From contig OZ059894.1 of NCBI GenBank assembly GCA_964057225.1, positions 17,546,001 to 17,610,000 of the forward strand: 64,000 nucleotides of DNA, in the 5' to 3' direction. This stretch comes from Auanema rhodensis. Its lineage: Eukaryota; Animalia; Nematoda. Positions 1 through 16,896 of the stretch are shown in pieces. How positions within the stretch are numbered: the first letter of the stretch is position 1; the number at the start of each line of letters is the position of its first letter. The translations under genes and the position numbers were made by a program. The notes below the pieces were generated by a model. It was not told the origin of the DNA, ran no database searches, and worked only from the letters and a program-made list of their open reading frames with translations.

Positions 1-174
1 CTATATTCAAATGTTATTTATTAAAACAATTTAGTTTCAAGTTTTGAATGGTCATAGTTTTACGCTTGCAGTTAGAAATAAAGTTTCACGTGACACGTTT
101 TTTTGTACGTAAACTTAATTTTTATTAGTATAAGTTGAATTACGTTCATCGGTAGTTCATCGTTTATTTAAAAA

Positions 175-696
175 ATGGGTAGACCTTCATCTGGCGTAAG
201 TGTAAAATATTTTTATTTAAAAAGAGAAAATATTATTACAGACAAAAAGATCATCATCTAGCCAATCTGGCAATACATCTAAAGTTAATCTTTCTATTTA
301 TTCAATAATTCAATATTTGAGATTTTAGGGGAGCACCGGAAAGACGAGTAAAACTAACAAAGTTACATCTTCATCTAGCAATAATGGAATGACTGGATTC
401 ACTGGCATAACTTCTAAAGCTAGTACCAAAACTTCATCCGGATTAAGCAAAACGTCTGGAACAACGGGAACACTCACAACAACGTCAGGCACTATGCAGT
501 ATCTTCCGAAAACAATGATCAGATCTATATAAATAATTGTAGATCGTCAAAATACAGTGGGGCAAAAAAACGAGCAACAGTGGTAAAAGGTTTAATCAAA
601 TGTTGCCGTTTAACATTTTTGTTAAACGCTGTCATGTTTTTCACAGTCTATTCCAGTAGGATGGTAACCGATATCGACTTTAGAGTTCAGCGTTAA
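175..696 (+). CDS. Small Ser/Thr/Gly/Lys-rich low-complexity protein, unknown function (4-5 exons)
   Basis: Manual splicing gives MGRPSSG|TKRSSSSQSGNTSK|GSTGKTSKTNK...GTMQ|SSKYSGAKKRATVVK|VYSSRMVTDIDFRVQR*; GT-AG introns keep the frame. Confidence 0.65.
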
Positions 697-1673
697 ACTG
701 ATCTATTTTCTTCTGTCTGTGTTTTTGTTCCGTTTAGTAAATATCAATTTTTTCTGTAACAAATCTTTTCAGTTTTACGAGTATTACGGAAAACGTAAAA
801 GATTTCTTACCTTATTAACGAGCTTTAACGCAGAATATAGCTTCTTCTTCTCCATAGTTTTCTGCTAAAATGCTTAGCGACATCTTTCAACATCAGTTCT
901 AATTCTGATAATAGTCTTAATAAAAAATAAAAATATAAATTGTAGAAACGGTAATAGCATTAGACATGAATATTCTATTATTTCAGAAAATATACAGAGA
1001 GCGACAGACAAAATGATCGTAGTATGAAGATGTTGTTCTATACAGGAAGTAATGAGGAAAGATTTCTTTATATAGTTTTCCTAGCTGTCATTGAGCAATC
1101 GGAAAGATGACAGGTTCACTCAGACAATACCTACTGCTTCCGTTCGGCTCTTGTCAGAGCTGCTTCCTTTTTTGTGTACAATCAGGGCGCGCCAGCACCT
1201 GATGTCTAGAAGTGTCTTGACAACCAAATGTCAACGTCATTTCTTTCGTGAGATTGAGTTTCAAATCCAATAATAGATAATATACGAGTGACAGTCAAGA
1301 ATAAAGCAATTTTTAAAAAAATGACCTTTTAACGTTTATTTCTTTACTACATACAAAAATGAGGAATTATCTGATAATCTTTTAACTTCGAAAATAATCA
1401 CTCATAAAATATAAAATAACTTTAGAATACCTGAACTTTATAGTTAATGTTTAATATTTTAACTATTCGGAAAATAGATTTTTCCTCTTTAATTAATCAA
1501 ATAGATATCAACTTCAAATGCAAATATTATCTGCTCGTAAACAAGCTATCTTTTACAGCTATGTATCTAAAGTAAAATTTGAGATTTTCAATTCAAGTTT
1601 TGGTAAACTGACTGTATGCTAATTTATTACATGACTCAGTATTGCTTTTCTATGTTCATACTTCACGCACAGG

Positions 1674-2867
1674 ATGCGGCTGTATTTAGGAGTACTGTTC
1701 TTATACTCGACCCAAGCGTCTCAGGATCCCTATTTTAATTTTCTTGATCGTATAAGCTAGTTTAATTACATTATAAATTTTTTATTTTACAATATCAAAA
1801 CTTCAGATGCTGACTGCATTGAGAAAAGTAAGATGTCTACATATAACTACATTGGGAACAGAGATTTTGATTTAGCGAACAGGTTTGATATGAATAAAGC
1901 TTATCCTAATTCGATATTTAATGTAATCTGCAGACCATGCATTGTCTGGAACTCATTTCTAAAGTCCTGGAACATTGTTGGAAAGTACTAATATAGCTTG
2001 TGACTATTTTATAATAGACTCCTTGTTTTTAGTGTTTCTCTAGAGCTAATGGCGACACATAGCAAATGCCGGCAAGTTCGTCTAGAAAACCTGAGATCTT
2101 ATTTTCGAAACTCTGCCCAAGAAACATTATCAGGCTTAAAAGGACCTTGGTGCATTGTTGATCTTACAGTAAGTTTGAAAATATCGATAGCTATTTATAA
2201 TACTGACACATAAACTAAAATAAAAACATTCCAGCCTAGTAGAGGATATATGGCTTCTCCGTGCTTTAGCCAGTGCACTTTTTTCACTAAGCATGCACCA
2301 AAAGAGAAAAGTTAGTTATCTGTTTTAATGTTACACATTTGTATAAGAGATATGAGATTGTTTCATATTTGTTACAGAACAAACAAGTTATGGGCTTGCC
2401 TTGCCACTTATTAACTATAATCGAGCTCTAATCGATCCTATTGAACGGTATTTTAAGTCTTATGAATGGGGAGATCCCACATATTATGCATGGGTACGAT
2501 TTATTACATATATACCATATTCATAGTTTAAATATTAACTTGTTAATCTTCAGAGACCGTCTAGTGATCAATTATCTGCTGAATATTTACGAATCCGAAA
2601 TCAGGTTGTTTTGTTTTTTTTTGTATAAAACTGATCATTCTATTAGATCTTCTACGGCGCTATACTATCTTTGACTATCATAATCGTATGGATCATTTTA
2701 TGCTTTAATCTGCGCAAAAAAGCCCTTGCCTCAAGGAGACGGAGAGAAAGGGCTTTAGAAGTATGTTTAGGTAGATTGAATCATCATATTTTAACAATCT
2801 TTAGTGTATTTTCAATGAAAAAAGTCATATGTTGCGAGGCGTTTTCTTTCGACCAGCCCCGAATTAA
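1674..2867 (+). CDS. Type I membrane protein with signal peptide, one divergent kringle domain, TM helix and short basic tail
   Basis: MRLYLGVLFLYSTQA signal; six Cys in kringle spacing (ADC..Y.G..RPCIVW..HSKCR..GPWC..SPCF.QC); TM IFYGAILSLTIIIVWIILCF followed by RKK..RRRRER; all exon phases are compatible. Confidence 0.75.
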
Positions 2868-3282
2868 TAAGATATGAGGGACTCATATCGTTTGGATTTT
2901 ATCACATATTTATCCCTTGTTTCAAATAAATAAGTTACTACTTGTTAAATATGTGAAAAAAATGCTTATTCTCTGATTTCATAACTGAATATATTTTCTG
3001 GAAGCAAATAGATTAAGTTCTGAAGATGCTTTTGTTAGATTGTTGTATGTGTACTGTATGAGACACAAAAACTATTTATCTTTCTATGACTATGCATAAT
3101 ATCCTTGTTGGTCAAATAATACATGACCGACGGTCTTGAGCAAAACATGCATTCAGCGGCATAGCAAAAGACTTTGCGAAAGTAATATTTTTTTTGAATG
3201 AATTAATACAATATTCAACAATACCTTTAACCTGTATAATTTTTTTTCTTATTTTAGGCATATTAATCACACTAATCAACTT

Positions 3283-4369
3283 ATGATCGGCTGGCTGTTT
3301 GTTGCTTTACTTTCAGGTTCGTCAAAAACAGATTATAAAGTTGTTATTTTTTCAGAATCCTGGTGTAATATTTGGTCATACAGGATAGGAGAAGGAGCTG
3401 TACCTTATCAGAAACCGCCCGCGTATAATCCTTGTACATATCCACAAGTATGATTTATCTGTAACAAGCTTTAAAATGTTATTATGATTTATTCAGCAAG
3501 TTTATTATTGTTATGTGAACTATTTGGAAAAATATGGTATACGACCGATTGATGGTCAACTACCTTACTTCTCTCAACTTGAGAAAGTATTAAGATATGA
3601 TCTGGACTTTGTGAATATTTGCCGGTGGGAAAATTAAAGATCATAAGTATTAACATTTTTTTACAGAGACTTTGATGATCTATCAAACTGTTTAGGAACT
3701 TCTGATACATGTATCTCTGTGGAAACATTCTCTCTTTTTACCATGAGGTTTACTTATTATGAATTCACATTTTATATTTCTTTAGAGAAGCAAACTTTCC
3801 GGAAGCTATTGCATATCTTCAAAATCATGCAGCTGTGGAATACGAATGCGGACCAGGACGTGCAGGTAAGAAGAGTATTAGTAAAGTCATATTATATCTT
3901 TGCAGCATTTATTTCTAATTCTCAATGTATCACAACTAATTTCCGTATGGCAACATTACCGGAACAGATGCATCAATGTATGAAGTTGGACATTGCACAA
4001 AATTGCGAGTAAGTACTGACATATATAAAGGAGATCCCAAAATTTTTATTTTTGGAAATATTAATTTTAAAATTATGTTATCCGGCGTACTTCAATTATA
4101 AATCTCCTTTTTAAAAATCTATTTCTATTTCCGCACATTTAAGCTTGGCAAGACAGATGGTCGACTGTGTGAAAAGCTCAATGACAGCTCAATGTGGAAT
4201 TGTAGCTGGATCAGCTACGTGCGGGGCAGCAACAAACATTCTTCGTTTAGAAAATGATGTTGACGGATTCTGTATCTTGGATTTAACTCATCAATGTAAT
4301 TCATCAGTTGAGAAAATCCATTTGTATATATTCATATTTTTCTTATTTCCTTCAATACTGACCGCTTAA
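3283..4369 (+). CDS. Secreted, probably GPI-anchored Cys-rich nematode protein (DUF19/CPG4-like)
   Basis: MIGWLFVALLS signal after a ttttag acceptor; Cys-rich helical exons (QVYYCYVNYL, MVDCVKSSMTAQCG..ATC); C-terminal NSS plus hydrophobic tail. Family assignment is tentative. Confidence 0.65.
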
Positions 4370-4580
4370 GTGACATCTCAATTCCATATTTGTATCATTT
4401 TCTGTAAACTATATTGTAAATATCTTCCCAATTCTAATAAACATATAAGGAAAGTCAAAACATTTCAAAAGATAAGAAAACCATAATCGATTTATCTTGC
4501 ATGGCCAACCCTATTCACATGATTGACCTATGATATCAACAATTTGTTTGCAGTCGCCACTCTGTTGCTAACGAAGAACC

Positions 4581-5586
<1,006 letters not shown>

Positions 5587-5907
5587 AGCATATTAATCAT
5601 AAGCAAATGTCATACCTCTGATTAAAGAAATATAACACAGTGTCGTTAAAAACAATTACAAATCAAATGAATCGAAACATAAAGCTAGCTTAAAATTATA
5701 TTTTAGAAACTCTAACAAGCAATTCTTGAACATTAATACATATTTTCAACAAGCGGATGTTTCATTGGCGCATTAAAGGTTCACATCCTAACATGTGCCA
5801 ATATTTTCTTTTTCCCGCCAAATGGTATATTAGTATGGAATTCTTCGTTTTCTCTATCTATTTCAAATTGTTTTCGTACTTAAAATGCTAAATTTTGTTC
5901 TCTACAG

Positions 5908-7042
5908 ATGAATGTCGGACCTGAAAAGTTGTTTGAAAAAATTTTATCACACGACAACGTCTTCTATGTTCACCAGCAATTTACAGATCCTGATTTAACT
6001 AGAGAAGACCGTTTGAAAATTTTGTTAGACCTTTTTCAAAATAATCAGCGATTATTTCTGCAGAGGTATTTTCTAATAAAGTTAGCTGCGTTATCTCATT
6101 TTTTTAGCTTAGGTATGAACAATATATAGAACCAGCAGATTGTTCGATTTTCGAAAATCTGAGGGTTGATCAAGATGTTGCACTGATTCTTAATCGCGTG
6201 GAAAGAAAGAAAGAAAAAAACCCAAAGATTGAAGTTAATTAATTTTTAAAAGTTTTATTAGGTGTTTCTCGCTTCAGATTCGTAATCGTAGATATATTGC
6301 TCTCCAAAAATTAAAGAATACCGAATATTTCACAGACAAGAAGATGCGCGAAAGAGAACCGTACTTGTACGATGTGATGATTGGACGTTTTTTGGATAAA
6401 ACAGGTTTTTCTATATTTAAGAAATTTAAATATGTATATTTAAGAATCTTTGAAGTTGCGACCCACAGTTGATTGTAGTACCCGTTCTGGTTGGTCTGGT
6501 CTACTCTCTGAATTCGAAATGGAAGAGGAAATCGCACAGAGACGTAATGCACAAAAAGTATATTACGAGGGAAAAGATGTATGGAATTGAAATTTCGTTT
6601 CATCTTCAATAAGATAATGTTTCAGGATGATGACTCCGAAAAATACAAACGTTTTTTTGCCCATGTTCAAAATGCTATGGAAAATGAACAGGAAAATGAG
6701 CCGATGGAAAATGTGTCAGAATTGAAAGAAGAGATAGAACGCATAAGCCAAGAGGTTCTAAATTCACGAAGTTCTAAATTGAAATTGAATATTTAGGAAG
6801 CACAGGCTATGGGAACTGGTGGGGAAGAACGCCCAGATGTGCTTAGAGATGAATTTACGTCATACATGTATGAACGTTTTCTTGATGGTAAAGACTCTCC
6901 GTAAGTCTTAAATGAAGAAAATATACATTATTACTTCTCTTTCAGATTTTTCGATTATTCTACTGTTGATGGTGCCGAAAATGATGCTTATGATGATATT
7001 AAAACGAGAGATGAAGAAGAAGAGTGGTTTAACGATGATTAA
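5908..7042 (+). CDS. CCDC97: CCDC97 (DUF2052) homologue
   Basis: LFLQRY, IRNRRYIALQKL..EYFTDKKMREREPYLY..MIGRFL, DEFTSYMYERFLDGKD..FFDYSTVD, RDEEEEWF. Confidence 0.88.
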
Positions 7043-7221
7043 TTCTTTTTCTAACTTGATGTACATCATCTTATTATTTGATGCATATCATCTTATAATG
7101 TATATAGTATTTTCCTGTTATTTTGTGTTTATTTAAATGGTTTTTCTATTACGACCATCCATACCTAGTTTTTTAAAATTTTTATTTAATCATTTCACTG
7201 TTTTAGGGTAGGATTTTAGAT
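7043..7221 (+). other. Probable operon intercistronic region CCDC97 to sao-1-like gene
   Basis: Only 179 nt from stop to ATG, U-rich, with TTTTAG acceptors immediately before the ATG. Confidence 0.6.
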
Positions 7222-8075
7222 ATGAATAAGCCAGAGGGAGTTAAGTGGTATTATCATGGTCCTGATAATAAGGTTCACGGTAAATATTTTATTGTGTAAA
7301 TATTAAGTATCTATTGTGCTTTAGGCCCCTACCATGCCAAGGAGATGCTCATGTGGACGCAGACGGGTTATTTCAAAGAAAATCTTCTGATTCGAACTGA
7401 GCATGAGGATGTTTTCCGAACTTTAGGAGAATGGAACCGCTTGGCAGGCGGAAAAGTTAGTGTCATTAAATAAATGTTATTTAAATATCTGATTTAGTTG
7501 CCATTCTTATTACCTGTATTATCAATGGATCATATGTTAGCTACATTATCTCAACCAGCAACTCCCATGATGATGGTGCCCCCGGGATTGGCTCCTCCAT
7601 TTCCTCCACCAATGAGGTATTTGCATTAAATGCTCAAGATTTTTTGTATCTGCATCATTTTAGATATCCCAATGGAGCTTACATGAATATGCCCCCAAAT
7701 GTTGTACCCTCAAGTCAACCACCATCAGAGCCTATTGATGCTGGCAGTTTATGTCACACCCCTGATAGCGACCAAGAATTGAACCATCAAGTAACTTTAT
7801 TTTCAATATTTTTATAAATATATCTGTCAGTTCATTTCTCAGGAAACCTTAAACGGTGGTGTTCATAGGCATGCAGCGGTGATGACAGCACCGCAAACAA
7901 AATCTATAGGCTGTGGTACTGAGACCACAATGAAAAACGCTGAATGCCAAACGACACCTATAATCGTTAGTTTTTTATTATTTTTGCTTTTTTACATACC
8001 TGGTTTCAGTTGAACAGTAAGGATGCTGCTCGTTTGCTCTCAGAGATGCTTGGGCAGAAAGTTCACGTCACCTAA
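7222..8075 (+). CDS. sao-1: Small GYF-domain protein, SAO-1-like
   Basis: KWYYHGPDNKVHGPYHAKEMLMWTQTGYF GYF signature, Pro/Met-rich middle, C-terminal KNAECQT; orthology recalled from C. elegans SAO-1 architecture. Confidence 0.75.
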
Positions 8076-10003
8076 TTTGTTATTTTTCTGAATTTTTTAA
8101 AGGTTTTGAGCTTTTTTATTTCATTTTACACTTTTTTTTCTCATATTTGATATGTTTCAATGTCTGTTGGAAAATATTTCATTTGACTACCTTTGCACAT
8201 TCTTCGTACGATATTATACGGCGATATTTTTTGTGATCTTGATACCAATCCTTAGCACATTTTCATATGCACTTTTTTACATTTTCTATTCCTGGATTAG
8301 TTGTTCTTGATCTTTGTCATTGCCGGTTTAATCTCTATCCTACGAGTCCTAGTGACTGATGCTTGTTCCATGTGCGTTTAAGAACTAATCCAATATAAAA
8401 GTTAATAGTTAATGTTGTTTTGCCAGTATATATGAAAAACAAAAGCCGTCTATCACAACAAAATAAAAACAGGATCATATTCAACCGATTCTTAGCATGT
8501 TAAAAATAAAATGAGTGATATTCACGTGTGGATGCCGTGACATTTCAACACTGTTGGTTGTCACGGGTAATTCGAAAATTTTAAGCGAGGTATAACGTGT
8601 CAAAGAAATATTATGAGAAATTGAAGGTTGAAAACATACTATTGTATCCCAGAGAATGTGTGCTTCTAGCGCAGTGGTATGCGTCAATCTTTCTAGTTTA
8701 AACATGCCTGGTTCGATATCCGTTAGGTGCATTCTACCACAGTTCACGACTCAATATTGATTGGGAACTATTTCACGAATGCGATAGTAATAAGATCGTT
8801 CGAAGACCCCCTGATTACTATTCAGTCTGAGGGGTTCAAAACGTCTCTACACTTTTTAAACCCTCTCAGTTAAAAATAAGAATTATATTTTACGCTTTGG
8901 GAACACTTAGTTTTCTGTAGTCATTAAGTTTTAGTTTTTTTCTCGTTGTCATTCACAACTTACAGGTGTATTTATATGGCGACACTTTTTCAAAACAACA
9001 ATGTTTACATCGACTAGAGGCAAAATGTACATGATTTTTTCAACATTGAACATCTACATCAAATGGCTTCAGGCGGAACCAACTTTTCTAATCCTCGATA
9101 ACTTAATTCGACTCTGCTAGTGTAGTCGGGAATCATGATATCGATTTTAGTTGAATAGAACATTAATGCTCCCGAACCTCAACATAAAGCTACAATAATA
9201 TGACAGTTCAGAAAACAAATAGCATTGTTCATTTGTATAAAATAATTAGTTAATCATTTGCTTTTTAAGAAGTTTATGGAAAACTAGCTGTCAAGGAAAA
9301 ACATTAATAAAATATTTTACTTAAACAACGTTGTGTACTATTAAACCAGGGTAAGACAATTCTCGCTTTGAAATCGGGCAGTGAATATTACCACACTAAT
9401 AAAAGACTAGGAGAACGAGAAGTGAGGCATTGGGTCCAAGAAACAAAAAAATCTACTGGAAGAGGGTCGGTGTGCTTTAAAAAGAAGAGAGCTATTTAGT
9501 ATATATATATTTATATATATAGCATGAACGCCATAAAACACGCATACACGAAGAGATGTTCATGATCTATTAAATATATTACACAATGAAAACGTCAGTA
9601 AGAGGTAAAAACGTACGACAGCCAATAAAGACTAATATATTAAGAATACCGGAGTTTCAGACAAATACGAAAGCAACGTTACATTAAATAAGTGCTATAT
9701 GGACTAAAACACTACTTCTAGTTTGTTTTACGTATTACCAAAGAAGCAATCGTCACAAGCTCCTCATATGAACAACAAACTTTGAGGCGTCCATGATTAT
9801 GGAAGTCTGCTTATATGTAAATAGTAGAAGCTATATCGCAGTTAACCGGATTTGAATGGCTAAAAAATAATTTTGCGCTTTTTTTGTGAGCTTTCCCATC
9901 ACATGTCAAAAATCTTACTTGGAAGACGCAAGGAGAGGACGAGAGTAAATAAAACGTACAGACACAAATAGGGCGATAACTCCTTGTAAGACATTTACAA
10001 GAC

Positions 10004-12592
<2,589 letters not shown>

Positions 12593-13173
12593 TGCAGCCA
12601 CACAGAGGTTAATCCAAAAGAAATACGGCTGATTTCACTAAGAAAAGAACAGCTACAGATGAACAATTAAATAAACAAAAAAAACAAAAATTATAACCTT
12701 CAAGCTTTAATAGAGTCTAATAAAATAATAAATGAGATAGAAGAATTATAAGTAAAATAAAATTAAAATGAGTAGAAATCAGAGGATGAGCAAAGTGCCC
12801 CGCCGCCATTCAACGTTATTTTCCTGTACCACCTTTAACTGTCTGGGCTCTCCAAAACAAACTGCTCTCTCTTTCATTTTCTTCTCTGAACCACTGTGCA
12901 GACGCTCACATTGGTCGCGTTGCGGTTTGGCATTGTCAATGGAGCGCATGTTCCTGATAGTGTGTTAATGCGCAGTCATTGATTTTTCGAAGTGTGCGGC
13001 TCAATTACCATCATTTTATTAATTTATTGCTTTATATACTATTTTCTACTATTCTTTTTTCTTTATTTTTCTTATAGTGTAGTGCTATATGGTTGCTATT
13101 TGTTTTATTATATTTATCAAGGAAACATGTATTATTCAGCATTTATAGTTAATTATCTTTTACTATATTCAGA
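12593..13173. promoter_or_regulatory. Divergent (bidirectional) promoter region between pptr-1 and cwc-15
   Basis: Head-to-head ATGs 581 bp apart; central GC-richer core (12790-13000) flanked by T-rich outron-like tracts on each strand. Confidence 0.6.
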
Positions 13174-14008
13174 ATGACTACTGCTCATAGACCTACGTTT
13201 AATCCAGCTAGAGGAGGAATGGGACGTGGAGAGGGAGATCTCTCCAAGTTGTCCCAACAGTACTCTTCGAAGGATATGCCTTCGCATACATCATTAAAAT
13301 ACAGAATGCCTGGACAAGGAACCGAGGAAGAAATCCGTCGCAAGGTATTGTAAGAATTAAAATCACGTTAAATTAAATTATTTTACAGGATCTCCGCCGT
13401 GAACTTGAAGATAAAGAAAAAACTGCGATCCGTGATAGAAAGTCTAAAGATTCTAGCAGTGCCAAGAAGCCAAGATTAGAAGAAATTTCACAAGGAACCA
13501 CAATTGATGCTGATGAGCCTTATGACGAAGTATGTTGTATTCAATAAACAGTATCTCATGCTCAATTTTAGCCGGATTCAGATGAAGATTCAGATGATGA
13601 TGAAGATGATACAGCTGCATTGATGGCTGAATTAGAAAGAATTAAGAAAGAAAGAGCAGCAGAAAAAGCAGAAAAGGAAGATAAGGATAGAGAACGGGAG
13701 GTATAACTGTTCTATCTTGAAATCTATTTTTAAGCTCTAATCTTGTAGGAAAATATTAGAATGGAAAATATATTAAGTGGTAATCCCCTTCTGAATGAGA
13801 ATAAAGAATCAGAAGAGTTCAAAGTAAAAAGGAGATGGGATGACGATGTAGTCTTTAAAAATTGTGCCAAAGGTATGATAATGCGTTTGTTCTCTATTTT
13901 TTACATTGACTTTAAGGAATTGATGAAAGGAAAAAGGAATCAGCTTTTATCAACGATGCTATTCGATCAGAGTTTCATCGCAAGTTTATGGACAAGTATA
14001 TTAAATAA
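13174..14008 (+). CDS. cwc-15: Spliceosome-associated protein CWC15
   Basis: [93 protein letters not shown]. Confidence 0.97.
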
Positions 14009-14523
14009 AATGATCATTCACTTTTGTTTATCTATTCACTGTTGTGTTTGAAATAATGTTCAAGACCTCCTCGTTCCTGGTCTCATCTGTATTGATTTCG
14101 AAATGATTCATCCGTTTAAATTGAATAAAACGGCACGTATAAGCGAACTCTTTTATTTCTCAAAAGTTGCAACCTTTAAATACATATTACATAAATATGT
14201 ATGCACTGTTTAAAGTACGTGTGGATGGGTCCGCTGTGCCTACCTGTGCTTCCTGTGTAATAGATAAAGAAATACAAATTCTTATCGTACTTAGCAGCTA
14301 TTGGCTCTCAGTTAATGATACGATTAGCCTACAACCGCTAATGGCAATATTTATTATTCTTCGTTTTTTTTCAATTTATCAGATATACAAAAAAAAGATA
14401 GTAAAATTCAATTATTTCATGTAAGGAATTGTAAAATGTGTTTATCGATTGAAGCAATTGTTTGTTTTTTTGTCTAAAATTATACCATTTCTTATCATTC
14501 CAGAGGAGGATTGAGCCTGACCA

Positions 14524-16896
14524 ATGGCGCATCGTATATCTAGGAAGTTAATTGTATTTATTGTTACTTTCTGCAGGTTTAAAAGAGTATATATTTTTTA
14601 ATACATTTCTTTTGAAGTTATGGCCTATACCACTCAAGCAGAAAAACTTTGAGTGGTGTTAAATCATCCGTAAAAGAAGATTGGCTAAGCAATTCTACTC
14701 ATCCAGTAAGTGTTTATTGAATTGTAGTTGTCTTTTGTTTTTTATTCTATTTACAATCATTCAAATTGTTATGATATGTATGCTAAGTTATGGTTTGATC
14801 GCCGATAAAAAATACGACTACCTTATGATTTGCGCATAACAAAACATGAGTACTTGAATTATCATAATGTTCTGCCAGATACAATAGTGATTATAGACTC
14901 ATTCTTAACTGTTAAATTTTATGTTCTAAAATTAGCTTTTCAGCCGTTTTTTCAAAATGAAAACGATGCAAAAAACTTTCTCGGTGCTTTGGACGCTATC
15001 TTCATGGCTTTTTATGCAGGGGTGAAATATTTTTTTCTGGATCAGTTTTGTTATATTGTTTTTTCAGGCTTTATTTTTCTGGGGATGGCTTGGCGATCGG
15101 TTCAATCCAAAAAAAGTTGTTGCTGCAGGAATGATAGGGTCAGCTGTGACAGTAAGTAATATATCTTTATATGATCGATAGTGAAACATATACGAAGTGA
15201 TAACAAACTATATATGAATGTTTTTGAACACTTTTTTACATTTGAAAGTTTGATTATATGATTACGTTCGGCCACTCTCCGCCTTTTTAGTATTCCATAT
15301 AACATGAGCATGCAAATGTTTTTCACGTATCACGTGAATGTCTAACTGTTGCTTTCGGTGAAAAATAGTAATACTCTCAAAACTGAATACAATTGAAAAT
15401 AAAAACAAAAGAAAGATTTTTAATTTTTAGTTAACTTTATTTGGTGCTTTCCCTAAATGGATGTCCTTCTACAGTGTTCCATATTATATATTTATGTACA
15501 TCTTGTTTGGTATAGTACAAGCGTGTGGATGGCCAAGTGAAATTGCTATTATGGTCAGTTGATGCAAGAACATTCGCTATACTTGAAAATTGCAGGCTAA
15601 TTGGTTTGGTGCATCCAACAGAGGATTTATTATGGGTGTTTGGGCAGCTTGTCAGCCTGTAGGAAACATTTTTGGTTCAATGTTGACAGCTATTATCTTA
15701 CCGTTAGGATACGAGGTATTTTTTAACTATGATTTTCATTTTATGGCCTGACTCTTAGTATACATTTGTTGTTAATTCTGCACTGATATATGTCGGAGCC
15801 TTAGTTGTACTTTTTGGAATTGATAGCAGACCAGATCCTGATTATCATGAAATAGATTATGAAACAGGTCATGAGAGGTAATGACAATTGTGATTTTGAC
15901 AATAATTAAGAATCTTATTTTAGAACAACTACTGTTGAATCTGAGGGAGAACCAATAGGATTTTTAAGAGCTATTCTCTTACCTGGGGTTTTAGCTGTAA
16001 TTTTAAAATAATATCTCTGATTTGAAAAAAATTATTTTTTTCTTCTAGTATTGCTTATGTAATGCTTGTCTCAAATTGGTCAATTATGCATTTTTCTTCT
16101 GGTTACCGCTATACCTTACAGATGCATATCATTGGTCTGAAGCCCAAGTTTATTCTATTTAATATAATTTATATTCATTAGTATACATTACAGGCTGATC
16201 AGTTAAGTATCTGGTATGATGTAGGTGGAATTATAGGAAGTGTCGCAGGAGGATATATTTCCGTATATGACAAATTTATCTACTTGCTTCGAAGCATTTT
16301 GTTTTAGGATAAAATGGGATGTAGAACTCCGTTGATTGTGGCAATGCTTGTCTGTTCTTTAGGTGCACTAATGGTTTATGCTGATATAGGTTTGTTTTTG
16401 GTTATAAATCTATGTGTTGTACGTTTGAGTTTAGGTGCTAATATGCTTTTGAATGCCTTAGTAATGACGGTTGTAGGAATAACTATTTCTGGACCATATA
16501 ACTTAATTGTTGGTTCAATTTCTATAGATTTAGGTTCTCAACCTATCTTAGCTGGAAATTCTCAGGTTAGTCCTAATTAGGATATAGCATATAGATTTAT
16601 TCAGGCAATGTCGACGGTTTCGGGATTACTGGATGGAACGGGATCTACTGGCAGTGCTTTAGGACAAATTCTAATACCCATAGTTCAAAATTCATTGGGA
16701 TGGAAGACTGTATTCTACCTTTTCATATCTTTGGTTATCACCTCATTTGAATTTTGTTTATTTTACTTTGACAATTTAGAATGGAATTGCGATCCTTTGT
16801 ATTTTGAAGAGATGCATACTGGATCTTAAGTCTCTTAGACGTTATCCAACCGAGCAGACTCCTTTGCTCACCGAAGAGAACGATCATGAAGACTAA
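14524..16896 (+). CDS. SLC37A3: MFS sugar-phosphate exchanger, SLC37A3-like
   Basis: SYGLYHSSRK, GWLGDR, QACGWP..IAIMANWFG..NRGFIMGVW, CLKLVNYAFFFWLPLYL, WYDVGGIIG, TVSGLLDGTGS; C-terminal EQTPLL dileucine. Confidence 0.92.

Noticed and set aside
8481-8747. 88-aa minus-strand ORF between convergent 3' ends
   Set aside because: GTG start, no homology signal; likely UTR or intergenic.
8805-8837. Mini hairpin with TGATTA..CTGA resembling C/D boxes
   Set aside because: Only about 33 nt, no room for guide sequences, and box C/K-turn geometry is wrong.
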